Shown here piece by piece: positions 26,080-39,126 of a stretch of 64,000 nucleotides of DNA; position 1 is the first letter of the stretch; every line of letters starts with the position of its first letter. Below the pieces are notes generated by a model. That model was not told the origin of the DNA. It made no database searches and saw only the letters and a list, made by a program, of their open reading frames with translations. Source of the DNA: Octopus sinensis (lineage: Eukaryota); assembly GCF_006345805.1 (NCBI RefSeq), contig NC_042998.1, positions 141,608,001 through 141,672,000 of the forward strand, given 5' to 3'. The position numbers were made by a program, and so were the translations under genes.

Positions 26080-26444
26080 CCTTTTTGGCACCAGCCCACC
26101 TAAGACCACCCCTGGTTTTATGATACAGATTTCCTGTTTTAATGCGATGTAAAACATTAAATCAAAAATTCATGTTGCTTCAAACAGCAGCTTACTAATG
26201 GCAATTAGCTGAGTAAATTTTTTATTATTTTCAAAATTAATTGAAAGAAAGACAGATTATTTCAATAAAAATATGGTATCAAAAGGGTTAAAGTTATCCA
26301 AATTAAAATCTTCCATCAACATTCAATGTTAATGTTGCGAAACATGAACTTAATAAGGGTAATTAGCTGACTAAATTTTTTATTATTTTCAAAATTAAAA
26401 GAGAGGCAAATTATTTCAACAGAAACATAGTAACAAAAAGGTTA
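26080..26444 (+). mobile_element. piggyBac-type MITE, family B, plus a duplicated 3' half
   Basis: TTAA at 26076-26079, left end CCTTTTTGGCACC, right end GGTATCAAAAGGG at 26287 then TTAA. A second 3' half ends in GTAACAAAAAGGTTAA at ~26444. Confidence 0.75.
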
Positions 26445-26853
26445 AAGTACAGTTCACAATTGCAATGAGCAATTTGTATGAAGATGTTCCCTAGAATTTA
26501 GTTTTTTCAAAATTACTTTTCAAGCCGTCCCATTCATATGCCATTAGTACTTCTTAGGAAGCCAGAGACATTTTGGCTTTGTATTTTTCATCTCCTGTCA
26601 ACCCAAAGCCTAATGCTTATTTTAACTTCTTCATCACCATTTGACTTTTAGAAGTCCTGAAGATCATAAATTCCTTGATATTTATCTACAGATTTGTATC
26701 TATAAACTAAAGAATTATATCAGCTTTATATATGTAAAATGAAAAATCTTATTGCGATTCTACTTTCTTTTGGATAAGTTCTTTCCCTTACTTAAATTGG
26801 ACATTGTTTTATGTAATGTATCAAGTAATAGACAAATTTTCTCCCTTATGTAA

Positions 26854-28636
26854 CCCTTTAGTGTTCAGACAAGCCAAAACCAGCTGAAAATAATTCCCCT
26901 TTATTTGTTTGAACTGGCCAAATGCAGCTGTAACTGATTCCTCTATGAAATCACTAAAAAATAGACAAAGCAAGTTATTGAAATCTTGTAGCTTTGAGAT
27001 AATGCCTTTCCCACCTTTATTCAAATAAAAATACTGTGAAATTTTTGGGACTTCTTGTTTTTTTGTAACATTTGAAGAAAAGTGTATATATTATTTTTAA
27101 TAATATAGCGTCAACAAGTAGCAATTTACTCTTGATGATGTACAAAATATAAACGAAAACAACTGTGATTTGTCTTTGGATGAATCTGATATTGATATTT
27201 ATGAATCTTCGTTGGACAAGGAAGATTTTGGTAATGAGAGTGATGAAAAATGATATTGGAATCATTATGGCAACATGGTTAAAGATTACATCAACCACAA
27301 TTCCTGATTTCACAGAAAAGACTAGTCCATAACAATCTGCCTTCCAATACTCAACCATTGGAATATTTATCTTTAGTTTTACTGAAAATTTTTATTGAAA
27401 CGCTCATGGAGGAAGCAAATAAATATGCTCATTGCATAATTTCTATTTGTGGAGGACCCGATCCACTATGGCAGCTAACTGATACTGTGGAAATGAGAGC
27501 ATTTTTCACTATAAACATTATGTTTGGTATCGGAGTCCTGATATAAGATATGGTGTTTCACATATCTCCAGCATTATGTCTAACTATAGTTAATTCATAT
27601 ATTATGTAAAAAGCCACAAGGTACCTCTGCCACCAAAGGATTATGACCATTTGAAATTTCAGGTTGACACCGCATCCCAGTAACATGAGGACTTTTCTTC
27701 CAGAAAGCACTGAATTGGGAGAAGAGCAAAATTAACTGAGGTGGATGCCAACAGAGAAAATATTGACTTCCATAAAGTGGGAGAAATAAATGGAAGGAAA
27801 AAGTTTGCAGACTGTGTTTGCTGCAAAAAACGAAAAACTGCAAAAGCATATCAGGTTGAGACCTCATAAATGTATTCATTTTGCAAAGTGCTCTTGTGTA
27901 AAGGATGCTTTGGACAGTTTTATAATAGAAATATGGCACACAACTATATTTTGTTGTTTGATAGTAATACTATCGTATATTCCTTCATTTTGTAACAAAT
28001 AATATGTGAAAGTAAGAAATACATATAAATTTTCAATGCTACACACCTGTATTCACTTTTGTCTCATCTGTTAATGAGCTTTTTTTTATTAGATGCATTC
28101 TGTTATGTAAATGTATTCATTAAATTGTATAAGAGTACATAGGCAATGGTATATTGACTAGTAAAAGATGTTTTGTATTCTATTTTCAATGAAAATGTTT
28201 AAATGAAATACAGAGAAAGAAAATCTTGTACTGATTATACCTGTATTTTAATTAATTCAAATTAATGTACCTCATCTTTAAAAGTGGCAAAATTGTTGGT
28301 GGTTGACATCTGGGATAATTTTAGTAACAAATCAAATAGGTTAAGATGCATTAAGAATTTCAATTTTAGTGCTTATACATAATGCTATTGCTTTTACACC
28401 AGTTAATTAAATTTACCTGCTCATAAAAGTAAAATTTAATTTGAAAGATCAGCTAAGATTACATAATTATAAACCACTGGTATATAAGCACCCACTGACA
28501 AAATTTCAAATCTGTATGTAGAAAATTAACAAAGTTACAAGCAAACATTGTGGACACCACTCTTGAACCTGAATAATTCAAAATAATGTGAACAAATAAG
28601 CAATACATTTGACAGATTAATCTGAACACTAAAGGG
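26854..28636 (+). mobile_element. piggyBac, internally deleted (1783 bp), decayed transposase
   Basis: Perfect 16-bp TIRs CCCTTTAGTGTTCAGA / TCTGAACACTAAAGGG with GTAA/TTAA flanks. Remnants include an acidic N-terminus, FIETLMEEANKYA...EMRAFFTINIMFGI (27358-27546) and a C-terminal Cys-rich domain, KVCRLC...FCKVLLCKGCF (~27800-27915). Confidence 0.92.
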
Positions 28637-28769
28637 TTAAACCAGATATTGAGGTGTAACATCATTTTTAGGCATTGGAGCATGATGCAATTCTAGGACC
28701 CATTGGGTCCTGTCGAACCATCCAACTCATGGACCATGAGTATTAAATAATGATGATGATAAGATGCAA

Positions 28770-29310
28770 GGCTCAGAACACTAAAAACTAAAATGGTAGA
28801 CATGGAACCACCTATACCACAAGCCAGAGTACTGGGCATGAATAGTTGCTTTATACAGTGAAAGACACTGATCAAGAAGCTATTTCTGCAGCTGTTTCTC
28901 ACAGAAGTGAGTTTCTGTTTTGTTTTTGCTTGTGGGAAGTAACCACAGAGAATGTCCAGTGAAAGATGCCATATGCCATGAGTGTAAAAGGAAAGGCTAT
29001 TTTTCTTGGAGTATGCAAATTAGGTAATAAACCAGTCTCCAATGCATTCATTATTTCAACTTTATTAACTTTTGCAGCTTTATTGGAACATCTTTTGTCT
29101 TCTGCACTCATTAATATTATAATTAACAATCACTCGATGCAAATTTTGTTTGACAATAGCAGCACTGACAACTTTATCTAAACTGATATTGTTAAGTAGA
29201 ATGGTTTAATCATTGAACCACTCAGAAGTAACAATATGATGGCATCAGCACAGTTTAGTTCTCAAATTACAGAAACATGCAAAGTTGACAATTGGTATGC
29301 TGAACATTTA
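28770..29310 (+). mobile_element. Ty3/Gypsy gag zinc knuckle and aspartic protease remnant
   Basis: ECPVKDAICHECKRKGYF (from 28950) matches the CPA-D-C--C-K-GH knuckle pattern. It is followed by INIIINNHSMQILFDNSSTDNFI, a degenerate L-D-S/T-G-S-T-NFI protease motif. Confidence 0.7.
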
Positions 29311-32300
29311 CAGCAGCACCACCATCACCATCATCTAATGTCCAGCTTTCATGGTGGTATGAACTGGAGGACTGCATCAAGACTCAATGTCTGCTCTGTC
29401 ATGATTTATGCAGCTGAATGGTCTTCCTAATGGCAAACGTTTTACAGAGTGTATTGATTGCTTTTTTTTCTTTTTTTCATGGTACCAGCACTAGTGATGA
29501 TTGCTTCATAACTTGCAAGGCAGAAGGGTCTAAAGTGACCTCTATAACTGGTGGAAAAGAGAAGGAAGAGTAGGCAATGATTCTAGGCAGAGGGATGAGG
29601 GAATGGTAAGAAGGGCGGACAGGGGAATATGGCAGAGATGAAGGAAGAGAGATTAGATTGGATTAGTGACTTGTGTGAAGGAGGATTAAGATTATGTATT
29701 ATCTCTGCCCAAACGTAAAACTTGGCCTGACTTTTGTGTTTCAACATTCTTCAGTAGCAAATACCTGCCAAGTTTAATGATCCTGCTAGCAAATTTTGCT
29801 TGCTTGAAGATTCAACCTGACCTTCACTAAACTGACATAGTTATACCCTTCATTAATATGAAATAATTACAACCTTCAATAATTTAATAAGGTTATATAA
29901 GAAAACTTTTTAACCACACTGCCATGCCTGCACCTAGACTATTATTGTCATCATCATCATTTAGCATCTGCTTTCCATGCTGGCATGAGTTAGTTTGACT
30001 GGAACTGGTAAGCTGGGGAGCTGCATGGTTTCTATGGCTGGATGCCCTTCCTAATGCCAACCACTCCAAGAGTGTAATGGGTGCTTTTTACGTGTCACTG
30101 GCACAGGTGCTGTTTATATGACACCTGTAACAGCCATGACTATGATTTCATGGGTGCCATTTATATGACACTATGTTTTTAGTAATTGTTTTAGGGGCAT
30201 ATATAGTCATAAGCAGACAAATGTTTTCTTGGCTCTCCCAACCATTGACCCAGTAGAAAATTAAAGATGAGGATGTGACAGCTGGAGGAGAAAGGAGGAA
30301 TGTGAAATGAAATGCTTTGCTCAAGGATGCAACATCCTGCCTGGTTCAGGAATCAAATCCATGAGTCTTTAATCAGATCTGAATATTCTAGATACTATGC
30401 CATGTATAGATATGGTTTCTAGCCTATACAAGACCAAAGAATTACAGAGATGGTGTTGAATAAGAGCTCAATGATATAGGGAGAAAAGATAGGGGGAAAA
30501 TGGTATGAAGCCAACATCAACTGCATTATCAGGAGTGAGATGGCACATATCTTATGTGATGGTAACATTTATTGTGAGCATGTAAATGGAGTAGATGTTC
30601 AGAGATTGCATGGATAACAAAGGAACACAGGAATAAATAATCATATAACTAGACATTACTGTGATATGGATGGCAGGGAGAAGGTATGACAGAAATTATG
30701 AAAAAGAAAAATCATTCGTTGGTAGTTTTCAATAAGAGAACATGGATATAATTTATTTTGCAAATATAGGAAAAAATTTGTATATTGGGAATAATTATTT
30801 TTAGAGTTTGATGTCTTTCTTATAACGAATCAGTTAATTATGAAACAGGAGGAGCACATTTTTACTGAGAGACAGACTGAAGCAAGAAGAGTGATCTGTT
30901 TTGTCTAGAGAGAGAAAACACACCAACCATAGAATAAATTTCAACTCATAACTGTGTAGGCAGTAACCCAGTACCACAACATCACATCTAATTGAAAATT
31001 CTGCAAGTCAAAAGTAGAGTTCTGTAATGATTCTATTACAGAACAGAAATGAATGACAGAAGAAGGGTTTAGAATTTTCTGTCTTACATTAAACAATTCC
31101 TTACTTTCTTCAAAATAAACGTCAACAAGGTTAGTGATATCCTTGTGACGTGTCTCAGGACTGGCTGACCAATTTTGTCTTGTGAGGTATGATGTTGTAA
31201 AGGAAGTTCAGAGTTAACTTACACTATTAGAAGAATTATTTCACTAAAACAAATAAATGAATAAATAAAATATAACAAAGTGAAGTGTTCAGAAAATTAA
31301 TACAACTCAAAAGGAGTCTGGAACAATTCCAAAAGTTTGATTTGAATATTCATAAAATATACTGAATTGCTAAGTTTGAGACCATAAGTTGATGGTTGTG
31401 ATAGCTTTCAGGGTGAAATAAATCTAGAAAACGACTGAAGTTGTGAAAATAAAACAAGAAACAGTGGGCAGTAAATATCTGAAAACCATTCTTGATAGAT
31501 TTGTCTGGGCTAAAGTAGAATACATCTAGTTTTCATTGAGGAGGTAACTTTTATATACATTGATGCTGTGCCAACATTAACACATCAGAACATGAACATG
31601 GTAGATTAAGATGTATGCATCTAACACCTTCTCTATAAATGAAGGAACATTAAATCTTAGATCATACTCATGGAACAAAAAACATCACTGAGAAATACTC
31701 TAATGCAAGAGATAAGATAAGATGTAAATCGGCTGAAAGAGATTAGAAGGAATTATATGACCTATATATGATCAAGCCATTTGCAGATTACTTCTAATGA
31801 AATGTACAGTTCTTATGTTTTAATTAATTTTGAAGTAATTAATAATTTGTAGATTCAGCATACATCTACAGTTTGAACACACAGACAAGTGTTATATTCT
31901 GGAGTCATTAGGTGTTTTGGACAGAAGACTGAATTCAGTGCTCAGTTTAACACCATCACATTGGTAGGAATCCAGTCTGCCGCAAGCACTCTGGCCAGAT
32001 CTTGAATTCCAGGAAACCTTTTTTATTTTGGCCTTCTTTTCCACTAGTCTCTGGGTCCTGGTAAAGGGTCATAGTCATAGGTAGTGCCTTCCTCTCAATC
32101 TGAGATGAATATTAACCAAAAGGTTAATGAGCAAAGTTTGGTTGATTTTCCCTTTAACAATATATAATGACAAAAGATCAAAAGGAAAATGAACAAGATG
32201 TAAAACCCCAAAGAATTCCAATAAAATTGGTGCTGAGGATTTTATTTAAAAGAAAAGAGGGGGAAGAAAAATTACTTAATTGCAATTATGAAAGAATGTA

Positions 32301-32567
32301 ACACTGTCCGTAATATGAGACAGCAGATGTCTTACATAAAAAGAAAACTGAGGGGAAGTTGTAGAGTTGATTTACTAAGAAATTACTTATGTCACTAGAT
32401 GCTGTTGTCATTGTCATCATTTGAAAGTTTATTTTTCAAGCTTGCATGGATCAGATGGAATTCATAGAGACATATTTTGTATGGGAGGATGTCCTTCCTG
32501 TCACCAACTCTCACCTGTTTTCAAACTAGGTAATATTTCCCCATGGCTGAACATATTTTCAGGAAAT

Positions 32568-32605
<38 letters not shown>

Positions 32606-33739
32606 TTAAAAAATAGGTATAAGCAGATTTTGAAAGATGTGCGATGATTGCATTATTCCTCCCTGAGAGAAAGAGAGAGAGAGAGAGAAATTATGACAAC
32701 AGAGAAAAAAACATAACTTCTAGAATCCAAAGAGCCTAGTAGTATTTGCTTGTGTGCATGCATGTATGTGTATGTATGTGTGTGTGTGTGTGTATGTGTG
32801 TACAAGTGAGGGTGTTATTCCTTTTTTATTTAGATGATGAAGGAAAGGTGATATGCATCAGCTGTGAAGTCTCTTACACAGAGATATGATTGATAACATT
32901 AATTGCCAAACTGAACCTAAAGAGGAAGCTTGCATAAGAACAGAGGACAGCAGTTTCAGGAGTAAATAGTTGGGCAAAATGATTAGTTTTGAGGTGGAGT
33001 GAAACAGGGAGTGACAAGAAAGGAAGAGGGCGATGACTTACACCCACACTTTCACTGAAGGATTTTTTCTTTGAAACACTCCCAATTTTATGAGGTAAGT
33101 TCAGTGACTTAAGCTTAATAGGGTTTTTTTTAAGGACATTGCAAAACTAAGAGAAGAATGTCAGTGTTTTGTGAAAAAAATAGTCAATCATTTTGGTAGG
33201 ATGCGAAGGTGATAGAACAAATACCAAACTTTAAACAGAAGGGAAAAAAGTACTGAGATCAATTTGTTTAACTAAACCCTTCAAAGTAGTGCTCCAGCAT
33301 GACCACAGTCCAATTACTGAAGCAAGTAAAAGATAAAAGATATTTATTCTATTTTATTTAAACTCAATGGATGAACAAAGTCAACTTCATTAGGATTTGA
33401 ACACACAATCAAAAGAGATGTAAGTAAATACACAACAAGATACTCAGTGCAACACTATCCATACAGCTGATCTATTAAAGTTATACTATAGTGGAATCAA
33501 TAAATCAATATACGGAAGGGGTGGGGTGGGTAGATGAGGTGCGAATTGAGTAATGTGTAGTGATAAGCTATAAAGTGAAATGGCTTCTTTCATTGAGTGA
33601 GGAAATATTAACATTACTGCAATATGTAAACATCTGCTGCCAATCTTGAGATAGATATAACCGTGAAGAATGTGGAAGAATAAGAACATAAAGGGCTGTT
33701 AAAAAGACAACCATTGTAACCAGTTGTAAGAGAAAATAA

Positions 33740-34050
33740 AAATATTTCTCTTGATGAGTATTTCGAGAGATTCACAAAGGAGTTGGTGCTGTATAAAGAC
33801 CTGGGGAAAGGAGAGACCGACAGACAGACAGAAAGTCACCGGGTGGTTGTCCAAAATCAAGCAGCCAATATGCATTGCCACACTTGGTAAAGAACTAAGT
33901 TTTCCAACTTGGGAGAATTGCATCCACTGTTGGCTGCTTCAGAATGAAAACACTGAATTTGACCTACTTGCAAAGTGGTTGCAAAATGCTAACCAAAAGG
34001 AGTTATCAATGCCAGTGTAATGAAATGTGCTCCTATCTCTTTCGGATTCT
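33740..34050 (+). mobile_element. Possible Gypsy integrase remnant
   Basis: ETDRQTESHRVVVQN (33813-33857) resembles QTDGQTERVNR. A downstream W and an NASVMKCAPISFG-like segment resemble the YN-S---T--SPF-L-FG motif. The region is heavily frameshifted. Confidence 0.35.
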
Positions 34051-34124
34051 ATGTCAAAAATAGGAATTTCACCAAAGTGGTGTCAGATTGATATTGAACA
34101 GGCACAAGAATATCATCATCATCA

Positions 34125-34325
34125 CTGATTTCAAATTTTGGTACAAGGCCAATAATTTTGGGGGAGGGGATAAGATGATTACATCAACCTAAGTGCTCAA
34201 CTGGCATTTATTTTATTGAACCTGAAAGGATGAAAGGCAAAATCAACCTTGGTGAAATTTGAACTCAGAAAGTACAGACAGATGAAATGCCACTAAGCAT
34301 TTTGCCTGATTCTGCCAGCTCATCA
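34125..34325 (-). mobile_element. SINE family B
   Basis: The family core and B box are present in reverse complement. Confidence 0.8.
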
Positions 34326-34891
34326 TTATTATCTTGGTGAGAATATACCCTACTCGTTAGCATAAAGCTGGTAGTGAGAAAGAAACAGAGTGCTGAATGA
34401 ACTCACTGGGGAAAGACAAGCGGTTTTGTGATCCAGAGAGACGGATGGAATTGTCTCCAAGGAGAACTGATGAGTTGACATTAAGCTAGGATGGATACCT
34501 TTAATTTCCTTTTCTAGACATCACTTTTAGTTGTCGGGAAGTGAGGGCTATTATTTTTTTTTTGAAAGAGAAGGTATACAGAGAAACTGTCACAAGAAAA
34601 ATATGAAAAATAATGTCTTGTAAATGCATTTTTTACATGTGTTGTTGATTTAAAAATTTTTTTTCATTTTTTCAAAATATAACCCCCCCCCCAAAAAAAA
34701 CAGACCCCACCCATCGCAAAAAAAAATACAATGTGTTCATCTCATTAATGTAATAACCTTGATAATTAGAAGTTTCATGTTAGAATATTGAATAATTACA
34801 GCAACTACAATAGAACTCTTTAGAGATATTGTTCTATGCCTTTCTTTAACACAAACAGAAACAGAGTGTCTGGGAGGATGGGAGAAGGGTA

Positions 34892-34922
<31 letters not shown>

Positions 34923-36214
34923 GGAGGAGCAGGGAGAAGAAAGTGAAAGTAAGATACTGTTGTAGGTGGATCTGCAAATTTTGTAATTTCTTTAATATTC
35001 GCTCTCTTCCTTTTTTTTTATACAGATGTAGGGGGACTAATGCAGTTGTGTAAACACAATGAAGATGTTCTATGTGTTGTTAATAATAATAAATGAAGAT
35101 GATGATGACAAGAAGAAAAAGCAAAGGAAAAGAAATCACCATTCACAATTTTGTGGTTAATGAAAAACGCATTATCATCATCCCCTTGAATATTCTGTTG
35201 ACCTTTGTGGTTAATAAAAGAAATCATCATCATCAGGTTGCTGCTGCTCTTCATCATCATGCCAGCCCTTATCTCAGTCACACACCCTTTCAGCCAAACC
35301 AAACCAAATCAAACCGCACCTAATAAACAAACAATTTCAGCTTCCATTTTTACCAATTATCCTAGCCAAGAAAAGCAAAAAAAAAAGACCCCAAAAAATC
35401 CCTCCATAATTCCCCACCCATCTATCAGAAAGAATAACCCAATGGGACCCTCTCCCCTCAGAAAATCCCCTTCTACTTGTCCCTCTGAAAACCTGCTACA
35501 CCAAAGCTTGATTCTATTTTATTGTCTTTCACAACAACAATCACACAACCATTGGTTCTAACTCCATAGAAATTACAGTAGAACATGGCCAGTTGTCATT
35601 ATACCAACCTCTGTTAGTTAAAATGACGAAGTCAGAGCAGAAGGAAGGAGAGACATTACACAATGCTTGATTTAAGCACCAAAGAATCATAGATGTAGAG
35701 ATTTGGCTGGGTAGAGGTGGTGGCAGTAATGGTAGTGGTGGTAGCGGTAGTGGTGGTAGCAGTAGTGGTTGTAGGGGTAGTAGAAGTAGTAGTGCACATG
35801 AAGCAGTGTGACACATTGTAACATTTGGTTTATTTAAAAAAAAAAAGAAAACAGGTTCTCTTTGTTTTGCTTTAAATAACAGAACTTAACACCAACACAT
35901 GCAGTGCTATGTAAGAGTGCCTGTACGGTGCCACGTAAGCGCTCAAGCAGTGCTGTGTAAAAGCACCCAGCACACTCTGTAAAGAGGTTGGTGTTAAGAA
36001 GAGCATCCAGCCATAGAAACCATGCCAAATCAGACTGGAGTCTGGTGCAGCTCTCTGGCACTGGTCAAACTGTCCAACCCATACCAGCATGGACAATGGG
36101 CATTAAATGATGATGATGATGATAATGACAGGATTTGAAATGACTCTTCCTGGAGCTTGAAATATAATGTTTGGTTAAAGATGTTTAATAATAATTCTTT
36201 CAACTATAAGCACA

Positions 36215-37250
36215 ATGTCTGAAATTTCAAAGGAGGGGGCTAGTTAATTACATTGATTCCAGTACTTGACTGGCATTTATTTCATTGACCCTGAAAGGAT
36301 AAAAAGCTAAGTTGACCTTGGTGGAATAATAATAATAATAATAATAAAAATAACTAGCTGGACCTGTGAAAAACTCATGGAAAACATAAAAAATATAAGC
36401 ATCTGTAAACAGTGTACTGGTGCCATGAGAAATATTTGTATATTATGAATGTCTGTCTTTACATTCTGAGTTCAAATTTTGCCGAGATCGACTTTCCCTT
36501 TCATCCTTTTGGGGTCGATAAATTAAGGATCAGTTGTGTACTGGGGTCGATCTAATCAACTGGCCCCCTCCCAACAAAAAATTCAGGCTAGAAGTATATT
36601 GTAACAATTACATGATATGGAAAGTAATGTAACATCAATGACTATATAATCCAACCAAAATACCTCAGTTACACAAACGTAAACAGAATTACTATTTAAC
36701 CTTGAAAGCTCAAGTTGTTCTTATTTTATTGACCTTAAAAGGACGAAAAGCAAAATCGACCTTGGAATTTGAACTTAGAATGTAAAGATAGATGAAATGC
36801 CATTAAGAATTTTGTCTAGTAGGCTAATGATTTTGCAAGCCCACTGCCCTAATAATGATGATGATGATGATGATGAATCCTTTCTGCGATAGGTACAAGG
36901 CCTGAAATTTGGGGAAGGGGGTGCTAGCCGATTACATTGCTCAACTGGTACTTATTTCATCGACTCTGAAAGGATGAAAGGCAAAATTAACCTTGACAGA
37001 ATTTGAACTCAAAATGTAAAGACAGACGAAATGCTGCTGAGCATTTTGCATGGTGTGCTAACCATTTTGCCAGCTTACTGCCTTATAAAGCTATGAATAA
37101 TAATAATGCTTTCTACTAAAGGCACAAAGCCTGAAATTTGGTGGGAGGAGACTAGTCGATTACATCAACCCCAGTACATACTTGATCAATTTTGAAAGGT
37201 TGAAAGGCAAATTTGAACTCAGAGCATAAAGAGAAACGAAATGCTGCTAA
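36215..37250. mobile_element. Cluster of four SINE family B copies or fragments
   Basis: Copies at 36215-36327 (-), 36450-36595 (+), 36880-37085 (-) and 37110-37250 (-), separated by (AAT)n or (GAT)n. Confidence 0.8.
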
Positions 37251-37327
37251 TCATTCCACCAGCTTGTTGCCTTAATAACAATGATAATAATACTAATCAT
37301 AATAATAATAATAATAGTAGTAAAAAT

Positions 37328-37529
37328 GAAGAAGAAAGAAGCCAGAATGAAGGAGGAGCAGAAGAAGAAGAAGAAAGAAGCCAGAAGGAAGGAGGAGCAG
37401 AAGAAGAAGAAGAAAGAAGCCAGAAGGAAGGAGGAGAAGAAGAAGAAGAAAGAAGCCAGAAGGAAGGAGGAGAAGAAGAAGAAGCAGAAGAAGAAAGAAG
37501 AAGAAGAAGAAGAAGAAGAAGAAGAAGAA
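37328..37529. repeat. Purine-rich 36-39 nt minisatellite ending in (GAA)n
   Basis: Four units of GAAGAAGAAGAAGAAAGAAGCCAGAAGGAAGGAGGAGC/AA followed by pure GAA repeats. Confidence 0.9.
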
Positions 37530-38134
37530 ATGAGGAGAAACCAATAAACAAAAGCCAGACACTTGGACAAACATATGTAAACTGAATAAATTCAGCACCA
37601 CACAGTCAAATAAATTTCTGAGCAGACTTAGACGAAGAAAGAACAACTTAGTCAGGTAAACAAGATGGATATCTGATCCTGATCTCTAATTCTTTTGATT
37701 TTTCATCTATTTAGTCTATTTGATTTTGCTTCTATTTTTAATGCTTTTCAAGGTCTTTATATGATATTAAATCTGTGGTTTCTTATCTGATTCATGACCA
37801 AAAGACGAAAAAAGGAAAAAAGATATTAGTATGTTGCAGACTGCCTGTTCCAATCAATCATTTTTTTTTATATCTTGTTTCAGTCATTGGACTGTGGCCA
37901 TGCTGGGGGTACTGCCTTGAAGGGTTTAGTTAAACAAATTGACTCTAGTACTTTTTTTCTTTTTTAAGTCTGTTACTTATTCTATCAGTTACTTTTGCTG
38001 AACTGCTAAGTTGAGGGAACGTAAAGAGACCAAAGCTAATTGTCAAGCAGCAGAGTGTACAGAAACACAGACAAAAAATACATGTACACACGTATGTGTG
38101 TGTGTATTGGATGGGCCTCTACATAGTTCCCATA

Positions 38135-38553
38135 CTCTTTTACTTGTTTCAGTCATATGACTGTGGCCATGCTGGAGCACTGCCTTTAGTCAAGCAAATT
38201 GACCCCAGGATTTATTCTTTGTAAGCCTAGTACTTATTCTATCGGTCTCTTTTGCCAATCCACTAAGTTACGAGGACCTAAACACACCAGCATCGGTTGT
38301 CAAGCGATGTTGGAGTGGACAAACACAGACACACAAACACATACACACATATACATATATATAAATATACATATATATATATACATATATACGACGGGCT
38401 TCTTTCAGTTTCCGCCTACCAAATCCACTCACAAGGCTTTAGTTGGCCCAAGGCTATAGTAGAAGACACTTGCCCAAGGTACCACGCAGTGGACTGAACC
38501 CGGAACCATGTGGTTGGTGAGCAAGCTACTTACCACACAGTCACTCCTACGCC
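38135..38553 (-). mobile_element. SINE family A, full-length young copy nested in an older family A copy
   Basis: Near-identical to 4486-4913. The flanks 37865-38134 and 38554-38690 are the 3' and 5' halves of an older copy. Confidence 0.88.
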
Positions 38554-38904
38554 CATCTATAAGGTTCATGCAAAAGGTAGTGGTTACCTATAGTAGAAGA
38601 CACTTACTCAAAGTACAGTGCAATGGGACTAAACCTGAATCCATGTGATTACAAAGCAAGCTTGTTAAACACAGCCATGCCTGCATCTAATGGTAAGAGC
38701 TTATTTTGCTTTTAAGACTGAAGATTTAATTCTCAATGGAGAAATAGAATGACAGAGTGGATACAGTAACAAAACATTTAATGTCTTGAACTCAAATCTC
38801 CTGCTAGAATTTTGCTGTGTATGTGAATAGAATTCTACTTGTACAAAATTCATCTAGCTGTTGGGAATAAGTACTAGAATATCCAGAAATATTGACTCAG
38901 CTAA

Positions 38905-39126
38905 CCATTTTGTTACCATATTTCTGTCAAAATACATTGCTTTTGTTACATGTAATTCTGAAAACAATGGAGAATTTACTAAAATAATTTTGTCATAATC
39001 AATCTGGTGTCTGGAACTGAAATTAACATGAAATTTTGTCATACAGTTTTAATTTAGACTATTTTAGAATAAGAAGTTGGTATTATAGAACTAAGAACAG
39101 TCTCAAGAGGGTTGATATTTGAAAGG
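38905..39126 (-). mobile_element. piggyBac-type MITE, family B
   Basis: Left end CCATTTTGTTACCATATTTC and right end GATATTTGAAAGG followed by TTAA. It is the reverse complement of the 26080 element. Another copy is at ~49194-49388. Confidence 0.7.

Noticed and set aside
29725-29756. Minus-strand CTGAAGA...GAAAC hammerhead-like words (a similar weak case at ~44130-44160)
   Set aside because: No credible stem II can form.
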